Origin: Octopus sinensis
Taxonomy: Eukaryota
NCBI RefSeq assembly: GCF_006345805.1
Contig: NC_042997.1
Coordinates: forward strand, 119,474,001-119,538,000
DNA length: 64,000 nucleotides
Direction: 5' to 3'
The position numbers and the translations under genes were made by a program. Each line of letters starts with the position of its first letter. Position 1 is the first letter of the stretch. Under the pieces are notes generated by a model. The model was not told the DNA's origin. It searched no databases and saw only the letters and a list, made by a program, of their open reading frames with translations. Positions 53,634 to 64,000 of the stretch are shown here, in pieces.

Positions 53634-53698
<65 letters not shown>

Positions 53699-53708
53699 TA
53701 TAGACGCT

Positions 53709-53766
<58 letters not shown>

Positions 53767-55211
53767 GTTTCTATACATACATATGTACATACATATGTAT
53801 GTATCTATCTGACAAATCAATGTTATGATCCGATTTTCCAGATTCTATCGCGTGTATATGCCTCAGGAATGACTATTGATACATTAAAAATAATTCTTTT
53901 AATTATATTCACAATTTAATGAATGTAAAATATACTTTTAATTACCTTAATTTCTTACAATCTATACTTCCCCCACAATCACTTTGTCTCGCACTCACCC
54001 TTCTACCTGCAACTATTGTCAGAAATTAAGTCCCACTTTCCCATTTCGACTTGTGCTGTCTATCTTAATTAATATTGTTTACATTTCCCACTGTTTCCCC
54101 TTTCATCTGCCAATCTCTTTCATTTGATCTTTAATATTTTTTTTCTGTTATTTTGTCAGTTCCCTTATTTGTATGTATTATATATTTGTCTTATTTTACA
54201 TCTTATTTTCCATACAATTTTGCAACTTTTCTAAACACCAGCGTGGTAATTTTTCCTTAAATACCTGCTGGCATCAACGAAAGCTAATATAAATCACCTC
54301 AGTAAACAATCCTCAATTTAAATCTTTTTCCTTCCTAGATGTTCGTTCACAAATTATACTGTTCACCGCGCCGACGACATAAATATCACAAATCTATTTT
54401 CTCACAGTGACACCAGTTTTAATGCCCTCCGTCAAGCTTTTTCATATACTGGAGAAGTTACGTGACATATTCCAGCTGAAGTAATGACCAGGAATGCTAT
54501 TCACAATGATATTGAACTCACTTGCTTCTCGCAATATGATCTTAATTCTATGCCATATTGTGAAATTCTACTTTGCCTCACAATCAAAGTGAATCCAAAA
54601 TTAGAAATATTAAATTTCTAAATATTTCAAAGAGATATAAGCAGTGGTGGAACGATAGAGCGGTTGTATACTGTCGACTTAACGTGACAGTATACAACTG
54701 CTCAGAGTGAATAGTTTTTTAAAACTTAAAATTATCAAACATTAGACTGTAATTAACTCATGTGTATTATCGCTTATTGTTATATGAAACAAAATGGCAA
54801 AATCTTCCAACTCGAGGAAAGTGGAATTGCACCTTTGTATCACCTCATACAAACAATACATTTCGTAATGCATTTCAAACTATTATAATAACTGCATCGA
54901 TGTGTATCATACATTTATGGAAGGACAAATTCTTTGAAAGCTGTAGCGCCTCTGAAGGTCAGAAGAGTGGAACAACAAGAAACATTTTTAGGGAGAGAGC
55001 ATCTCTGTCAGAAGCGACTGAACACAATGTGTTTGAAAAATGAAATCGTACAAAGCCGTTGGATGACATTACAATGGCATTTCAATAATTAGAATAGAAT
55101 CAAAATGCAAAGTTATAAATATCAAGGAAGTCATACGTAAACGCTTTCTGATAACTTAGTCAGCATCGCCCTATGCTGACATCAGCTCAATATGGCTTCC
55201 TTTCCTGAAAG

Positions 55212-55238
55212 ATATATATATACATATATACATATATA

Positions 55239-55294
<56 letters not shown>

Positions 55295-55558
55295 GTATGT
55301 GTGTGTGTGTGTGTGTGTGCGTGTGTGTATGTGTGTGTATGCATGTGTGCGTGTGCGTGTCTGTGTGTGCGTGTGCACGTACATAAATATACATAAAATC
55401 ATATATTTATATATGTATGTATATATATGTACATGCATGTATAGATGCAAAGATATATTTGTATATATGTATACATATAAATGTGTATGTATATAAGTAT
55501 ATATATATATTATATATATATATATATGTATGTATATACAATCCATACACATATATGC

Positions 55559-55605
<47 letters not shown>

Positions 55606-55700
55606 CAATATATGTATATATATATATATATATAATATATATATATATACATATACACACACACACGCACACATATATATATGTACGTATATATGTATGC
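55212..55700. repeat. (TA)n/(TG)n/(CA)n compound microsatellite
   Basis: Directly visible. Confidence 0.95.
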
Positions 55701-57168
55701 ACAATAATATGCATATTTCATTTTATATAAGTTGCTTACTTTCGATTCAAATGTCTTACTAAATACTCTTCTAACTGCAACACATATGTGACATAACTGT
55801 AAACTAGTTGTAAACAATATTTCTCTGTTCATCTGAATGATAAACATAACAGTAAAGCAAAGGAAAATCTTATTAAAAAACGTATCGTGCCCACCACTGA
55901 AAGATTTAATCAAAAGTTACACAAACATGTTTCTTCACAACTCGTAAACAGAACGGGAATATATGAAAATGTAAGCATGCCTATGTCATACAAGAGTCAC
56001 TTTTCTTCATCCTCTGCTTCTCTATAACCCTTCAACTGCAATCCATGTTAAGCTTTGATGTTGCTATATGCCTTTTTAATTTAATCATCTACTACCTAAA
56101 CACTTTTTATTTCATTTTATTAATTTTTTATTTTTTTTGTAAAATTACATCTTCAGAGTTATCATCCCTAAACTTGCTTCATACTTACATAATTACTTGC
56201 AAAATTGGATTCTGTTGTGTTTTTTTTACGTGATTCGAATAGGTAGACTTATATCATTTACCTGAAGTACACAACTCATACCATTCTACATATTTTTGTT
56301 ATCTAATTAAATTTCATTTCCATATATTTCTTCACCTTCTTACACATCTTCGTTGAATTATAACATATTTTCACATATATTCAGGATATAAATACTCGAA
56401 TGATTTGAATATTAATAAGTACGTAAGATACCGCTGGGGAAAGGTTTAAAGATAGGGATTACTGAAAGATTGAAAGTTTTGGGTCAGGACTCTTCTGTGT
56501 TTAGCTGAAAGTATTCTGAATACTTATTGTCGGTTGCTACCAGATATCTACTCGGATAAAGGCGATAGAGATGATGTGAAAATATATGCCATCGAACACA
56601 TTAGCCCACATACACTGCATGATCTCAAACTGCTTTAAACCTTACCTCACCGATCACAGTATTATAAGATTTCAAAACGGTGTCCCAGCTTTGCTACACA
56701 TAAATTTGAATGCTAACGACAGCTCATGAGACGTGTTGCCAACTTACCCTTTTATGAATGAAATCTTTAGTACGAATATTCTCCATCGGTATCTCTAATC
56801 TAAATAACTTATAATGCAGGAAACAACTATACGATTAAACTGCCAATGTTTCAAGCTTAATGGGAAAATGTACATTTTCTCTCCTTTATCACATTAAATA
56901 CCCCAACAAAGATATCAAGCTCAACTTCCAAGTCAAGCTGAATCCAGGACTTCTTCAGTCAGTAACAGTGCGGTTATCTCAGGTACCAGTGGTTTACGGC
57001 ATATAACTCTTCTCTCGCTTCTGCAATACCTTTTATACCCATGGAATATCTTGGTGCATATTATACTCAAATATGCTCAATCTCGCGATAGGCATTTCCT
57101 CTTTATTCTGACCCTCTCTCTCTGTGCCTATGTCACTGTGAGTTTTTTTCTGTCTAAGACTGTCTGCC

Positions 57169-57169
<1 letters not shown>

Positions 57170-57262
<93 letters not shown>

Positions 57263-57275
57263 CATCCATCCATCC

Positions 57276-57342
<67 letters not shown>

Positions 57343-57345
57343 CAT

Positions 57346-57415
<70 letters not shown>
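57170..57415. repeat. (TATC)n microsatellite
   Basis: Directly visible. Confidence 0.97.
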
Positions 57416-57418
<3 letters not shown>

Positions 57419-57682
57419 ACTCAGTCATTTCTTCCTAGGTGTATCCTCTGTAATTTCTACACGATCACAAGTTTCCTACGAACCCCAAACTTTATTAGTT
57501 GAAACTGAAACACAGTCACATGGATATCACCAGCATGGGAATAAGCTGAACAATTTTTAGCGTTGCATTACTTCTTATGATTACAATGGGAAAAAAATAA
57601 CGCTAAAAGCGCTAAAATGTTTTCATACAACGAAGAGGTGAATTCAATTCAAATTTGTTTCCGTTGTGTTAAGTATCTTTCA

Positions 57683-57847
57683 TAGGCGTAGGAGTGGCTG
57701 TGAGGTAAGTAGCTTTTTTACAAACCACATGTTTCTGGGTTCAGTTCCACTGCGTGGCACCTTGGGTAAGTGTCTTCTACTATAGCCACGGACCGATCAA
57801 AGCCTTGTGAGTGGATTTGGTAGACGGAAACTGAAAGACGCCCGTCT

Positions 57848-57878
<31 letters not shown>

Positions 57879-58100
57879 ATTATGTGTGTATATGTTTGTT
57901 TGTTTTTTTTTCCCCCGACATCGGTTGACAACCAATGGTGATGTGTTTACGTCCCCGTAACTTAGCGTTTCGACAAAAATGACTGATAGAATAAGTACTT
58001 GGCTTACAAAGAATAACGTCTGAGGTCTATTTGCTCGACTAAAGGCGGTGTTCCAGCATGGTCACAGTCAAATGACTGAAACAAGTAAAAGAGTAAAGAG
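57683..58100 (+). mobile_element. full-length SINE family B
   Basis: taggcgtaggagtggctgtg...aatgactgaaacaagtaaaagagtaaag. Approximate TSD agtatctt(t/g)ca. Confidence 0.93.
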
Positions 58101-58879
58101 TATCTTGCAGAGTTGGGGAAAAATCCTGGATGCTTTGGGAGAATCTACATCTCAACGTGAATATGAACAGTGCCATAGAATGAATATCATTACGATTTCC
58201 CCAACTAACAATAACGAAACGATAAGTAAGTTATGATGATATATATATATATTCACATATAATGTTTAAAAACTAAGGGGACAGATCATACTGAATATGA
58301 GTCCAGCCCCTTTGGATATAACAAAGTATTTCAACCAAAAACACCCCAACTATGATTCAGAGTAATGTTATGGAAGACTACATTGGTCAATGCCTTCTTT
58401 CTTTCTAAATAGTGGATAGCATGATTTGACAGAAACATTTCTATTATTTATTTCCAGCATTTGTCCATTCTCAGACCATTTCAGTATTGACAATATACAA
58501 ACTGCGTTTTCTAAATTACGCTTCACTCGTCTACTTCAACTTATAAACCTTTATGTAACACAATATAATGCAATTTCACATTTGCATTGATATAAAGTAT
58601 GAAAAAAAAAAAGGTTTTGGTTCAAATAATGTTTGAATATATGGAATATATTGAATGACTAAAGCACAGTGAAATATTTTGCTCCTTTGTAGTTGTCACT
58701 ATATATTCACTGTGTTCTTCTTAAGTATCCAGTGTATATGTATATATGCATGTTCTTAAGTTCATATATACATTATGTAGGTTTGAATGAGTGTACGTTT
58801 GTTTGTTTTCTGTTGCATGTATATTCGATTGCGTATACGCACGCATGTACGTAAGTGTGCATTCATATGTTTGAATGTA

Positions 58880-59160
<281 letters not shown>

Positions 59161-59939
59161 ATTTAAATATTATTTTAGTGTTTTAAGCCTTAATCAAACG
59201 TCAGTATATGAATATTTGACTTCCTTTATGAATATATGAAGTTAAACTTTATGGTTATATCACCAGTCGTTTCCATTGAAATTATAAACAGTTTCATGCT
59301 GCATAATGGAAGACTGTTCAAATTATGAATATACAATTCGGAATACATAAGATTTGTAAGGTAATGGAATTTGATATCGGTTAAAATATTGCATTTATAA
59401 AACTTCGGCGACTGACTTAAATTATTTCTATATGATATTTAGATTCAGAATCCTAAATCCTAAATACAGTATTTAACTCTATAGAAAATATTCACTGGTG
59501 ATATTAAAAAGCAAGTAATATCTTTTATGCCATTATTTCCAGAGATATTCACTGGCACCAAACGAACCACATTAGCATAATTCCGTAGTCTTATTTCTGA
59601 GAGACATTTCAGAATAGGATGAATTTTAGCGATTCGCTTTTATTCTTCTATTCTTCTAAGTTAAATGAAACATTCCAAGGTCTATGAAGACTTCAGACAT
59701 ACGACTCGACTATGGTAGCCGTATTTAAAAAGGGAAATATGATATTAAACAACAACATTATCTTCAATTCTGTTTGACGCTAACAAATTCGTTTATTATA
59801 TATGTTTCTTGTGGAATGAGCTCTATATTGCTAGAACTTATTATGGCTCGGATTTTCGAAAGTAACAATAAATATAAATTTAAAGAAAGTATTGCGTGAT
59901 CTAATGATTTTGTCATTGGAAAATTTTATTATCATTAAA

Positions 59940-60170
59940 TGTGGCGAGCTGGCAGAAATGTTAGCACGCCGGGCGAAATGCTTAGCGGTATTTCGTCTAT
60001 CGCTATGTTCTGAGTTCAAATTCCGCCGATGTCGATTATCCTTTTGGGGTCGATTAAATAAGTACCAGTTACGCACTGGGGTCGATATAATCTACATAAT
60101 CCGTTTGTTTGTCCTTGTTTGTCCTCTCTGTGTTTAGCCCCTTCTGGGTAGTAAAGAAATAGGCAAATGC
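59940..60170 (+). mobile_element. SINE family A with 13-bp TSD, inserted directly upstream of an older A-related copy (60184-60350)
   Basis: tattatcattaaa at 59927-59939 and 60171-60183. Confidence 0.9.
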
Positions 60171-60649
60171 TATTATCATTAAAAAGCGGTGTTGGCAGAG
60201 TCGATAAGACATCAATAAATTGATTTGTGCCATTTCTTCCACTGCTTTATGCTCCGAGTTCAAATTAACCCGAGGTAAACTAAATTTCTCATCCCTAAGA
60301 AATCGATAAAATTATATACCAGTAGATGTTATTGACCTACTGCCCGCAAAAAGGTCGCTATTTTGGACAAAATCAATTGTTATCAACATTATCAAGGCAT
60401 GCGAAACGTATCATATCGGCCTGAGAAACAGGAGAGAATAGTATCAAAGTATGTCTCTCAGTTAAGAGTATGTATAAATAAGCCTAGCTTTTCTGAGAAT
60501 TATCACAACTTTATAAGAACGGTAGTACTTCAACAAGACAACAGCGGTTATATACTTAGTTTCAATTTTTTCACTGCCGTCATCTGTGGTATTCACTGTA
60601 TTAATCCAAAGAGTATTGAAAACGAAGTCGATAAGGAAATATTTGAACT

Positions 60650-61125
60650 GATGTAGACCAGAAGCACATCCATCAGTGGCTACGGAGCACAGGGCTAACA
60701 GCAGAGAGCGAAAGATTTATCTTAGCTGTTTAAGATCAGAGTTTATTGACCCGTAACTACCAAGCCAATGTGATGAAATGGGGTAGTGCCGATACTGCGA
60801 CAATGTGATTGAAACATTGGAGCACTTAATCTCTGGGTGTAAAGTTTGAACACCTATAGTGCATAAATCAAGATATGACGGAGTTGGCCTATATTTACAC
60901 TGGTTAATGTGTCGGTATTATAAAACCAAAACTGCTGATAAATGGTACACGCACCACGCTAAGGCTGAAAGCGAGGGAGAAAATGTAACGATTCTTTGAG
61001 AATTTCCAGTTTTTGCAGACAGGACATCAAAGCTAATAAGTCAGATATTGTGAAAGACGAAAACAATAAAGTTTGTTTATTGATTGACACGAGCGTGTCT
61101 TGTGATTATAATATCTCTTGAAGGG
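60650..61125 (+). mobile_element. C-terminal fragment of an R4/Dong-like LINE (CCHC knuckle + restriction-like endonuclease), decayed
   Basis: Translates as HQWLRSTGLTAESERFILAV*DQSLLTRNY...CRYCDNVIETLEHLISGC...LHWLMC..Y...KWY.H....EGENVTIL*EFPV.ADRT..ANKSDIV...CLLID. Confidence 0.85.
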
Positions 61126-61137
61126 TTGCGGCGGGGC

Positions 61138-61181
<44 letters not shown>

Positions 61182-61182
<1 letters not shown>

Positions 61183-61546
61183 CTCCAGGCTAAATAACAA
61201 CATGGACGTACATTAAAAAGCTCTCTTCCCAAAACAAACTCAATCCAATAACAGTGTGATGGAAAGAAAAGTTCGCAATAAAAACCGAGGGAAAATTTCT
61301 GTTAAAGCAGAGAAACTAACTGACCGGAAAGATTTTGTCATATAAGGTGTACGTTCTCTCTTAAATGCGCGATATCTCAATGCAACATACACGAGAAGTC
61401 GTAATCAGCAGTAGGAAACCTGGAAAAGCACCACTTACGCAGTAAGTACGTAATTTGAGTAGTAAACTATACATACAACTGTCCACGCATCCATGCACAC
61501 ATATTAATATTTATAAGCAACATAAATAATGCCTACAAGACACACG

Positions 61547-61589
<43 letters not shown>

Positions 61590-62150
61590 AATAAAAGAAA
61601 AAATACACGTGTCACAAGTGATACCGTGACAACCACAACCGAATATAAAAAGAAAATAATTAGTCACTTAGATTAAAACAGAACAAAAGAGTTATGCCGG
61701 GAAACTTAGCTAACAAAACAAATATGATAACTATATCCATTCGAAGAACAAGGAAACGGCCAGGTCAAAAAGTTAACTCAAAACAAGCAGACCTGTCTCC
61801 TATTGTTACTGTCAATGCTTAATGACAAGCCAAAACTCACGCAGAATCGGTCATCACAAGGACCGCGTTACTCAGTGGGGAACCTTTTGTTAAATTTTGT
61901 TTCGAAAATACCTGCTGATGAAACAAACTCTCTAAAAAACGATCTACTAGGTAACCAGGAACAGGATAACCCAAACACTCGACTTGTAGTGACTCCACCA
62001 AAAATTTCACCTGAAGCCAAATGCATAACATGGATTAGCGAGGATTATAGAGATGTGTTGAAAGCTTTCTATACAGATCAACTAAATCAAAACAATACAC
62101 TCATAGAACAAACGGCCCCACACACGCTCACCCCTCAGAAATCATAGCTA
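61182..62150 (+). mobile_element. 5' region of a second R4/Dong-like LINE following (TAA)n
   Basis: Starts after the (TAA)n at 61139-61181. ORF 61803..62147 contains CITWISEDYRDVLKAFY, similar to RRKWTREEYISILHAYF in ORF 80..445. Confidence 0.5.
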
Positions 62151-62194
62151 GAAGCGAAGGAAATTGTTGCAGGTGACCTAACATGAGAGCATGT

Positions 62195-63905
62195 CTACGC
62201 ATTTCGAGTCACGGCATACCTAATATGCCACTCAGAGGATGCTGGCAACATACTGATCGCCTGGACATTGGAACGCATCCTTCGACAGGAATTTTAATAT
62301 GAGACGACCCAACCTGATCGAGCAATAATCCGTTCAAGGCACGACGGAGATAAATGATAACGGAGGCGAGGTAAACATTCGCCACCTCTACCAGATGTTT
62401 CAGGGATAACTTACTTTCAGGCCATTTCTGGGTGAGACTGGCCACTTTGTTCGTCACCTCATCCAAATTATTATCAACCTGGAGGTAGGGAGGAAATCAG
62501 ACCCCGAGTACTTTAAACGGTCCGTCGGTCCACCGTCCGGCGACGCCGTCCGATGGCATCGTCCTCCCTCTCCAGGAGCCCAACCGCAAACCAAGCTATT
62601 TGTCGGCCAAGATTTTAGCCCCTTCAAACGACTTTAGGATGGTGCCGACCTTCTCCACTTCGGAGGCATTACATACAATGACGGTAACGTCGTCTGCGTA
62701 AGTTGACACTGCACTTCCTTGTTCCAGTTCGAAAGGGATGCCCCTTAGCTGTTGTAACTTCCACAACAGCGGCTCAAGTGCCAATACGTATAGAAGAGGC
62801 GCAGGCAGGCAGCCCTGACGGGCCGAGTGGGCGATGCCAAACGGCTCCGACAGGTAGCCACTTATTTTGAACACTAAACAGGTGCCGCTGTGCACTACAA
62901 TAATCCAGCCTCTGAAAACGGATCCGAAACTGCTTTCTTTCACAGTACTTTCCAAGTAACGATGGTCGACCTTATCGACTGCTGTTGATTGATACAAATA
63001 GTCCCAGCCCTCTCTATGATGTATCGCATAATGTGGAAGTTGTGGGAAGACCTGTTCGGGATTATGCACCTTAGGGCTTCTCCAACTACGCTACTGACTA
63101 GCGCAAACCTTTTCGCTAACACTTTGGCCAAAATCTTAAACTCTCTGTTTATCAAAGTTTGGGGCCGAAAATTATAGGCCTCCCCCCTCAGCCATGTCAC
63201 CGCACCTCTGCAAACAGCACTAGGAATTCTCTCGTTCCATTGTTGTTGCAGTAGACACCTGCCAAACAGTCGCCAAACGAATCTGGCATGGATACATAGA
63301 ATTTATAGAGCAGACCATCGAAACCGGGCGATCTGTGACTTGTGCAATCGCTGATCACCTACCAAATTTCAGTGGCTGTTATCGTCCAGGTACGAAGTAA
63401 AGTCCAGTGCGTTCCGCAACCCATCGCTCTCTCTCAGAAGCCGCACACATCTGCTCGTATTCGCGTAGCACGCACAAATCCAGATCTGTCAAAAGCTTGA
63501 TCGTGGTTTTGTTTTCACGTCGCGTCACCACAGTTCGCGCACATCAGACAGCCAAACGGTCCTTAGCTCTAAAAACACAAACTTCGTGTTTCGTTTCCAA
63601 GAAATGATCGAGGGTCATCCTCGCCGCTAACATATCGGTCGTACACCGTTTTTAATCGCTCTTCTAATATAACTACTTCATCCTCTGATCGATCTATTCC
63701 TTTCTATTGCTATCTCCTTGCTAAACGCCATTGATTCTGCTCCAAACGCCCTCTTCAGGGCGGCCCACTACCGATTATTGAAGATGTTCCCCGTCAACTA
63801 TTTCAGTAATCCGGTACCTGTAGTCTTTGTGAGCCGGGAAGGACGCGTTTAACTTCCAGTAACCGGGATCCTATCCATTAACCGAGATTCCTAACTCAAC
63901 TGTGG
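62195..63905 (-). mobile_element. decayed L1/Tx1-clade LINE ORF2 (end of APE endonuclease + reverse transcriptase)
   Basis: Minus-strand motifs PGYWKLNAS (~63870-63842), SPGFDGLLYKFY, NFRPQTLINREFKILAKVLAKR, DKVDHRYL, RQGCLPAPLLYVLALEPLL, YADDVTV and GILGMP; multiple frameshifts. Confidence 0.9.
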
Positions 63906-63907
63906 TC

Positions 63908-63952
63908 AATAATAATAATAATATTAATAATAATAATAATAATAATAATATA

Positions 63953-63993
<41 letters not shown>

Positions 63994-64000
63994 AATAATA
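63908..64000. repeat. (TAA)n/(TGATAA)n microsatellite
   Basis: Directly visible. Confidence 0.97.

Overview
AT-rich, microsatellite-dense eukaryotic DNA with no host protein-coding gene I can support. The tRNA-headed SINE families and (TA)n/(TAA)n/(TATC)n content resemble an Octopus/coleoid cephalopod genome (inference from recognition, not a database search). Mobile DNA dominates: one decayed near-full-length Penelope-like element (RT + GIY-YIG, ~12.2-16.1 kb), R4/Dong-like LINE pieces next to (TAA)n, a decayed L1/Tx1-like LINE at the right end, a non-autonomous Helitron, MITE-like inverted-repeat elements and about 20 SINE copies from four families. The most notable signal is several unrelated, short, non-coding elements inside (TA)n tracts that carry type I hammerhead-ribozyme motifs (canonical cores at 10187-10279 and 42534-42598, variant cores elsewhere), often with terminal inverted or direct duplications. 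These look like a set of Penelope-derived or retrozyme-like non-autonomous ribozyme elements. A nested palindrome with an internal tandem duplication lies at 43.9-46.7 kb. Most ORFs in the supplied track are microsatellite artefacts. Many boundaries are approximate, read by eye.
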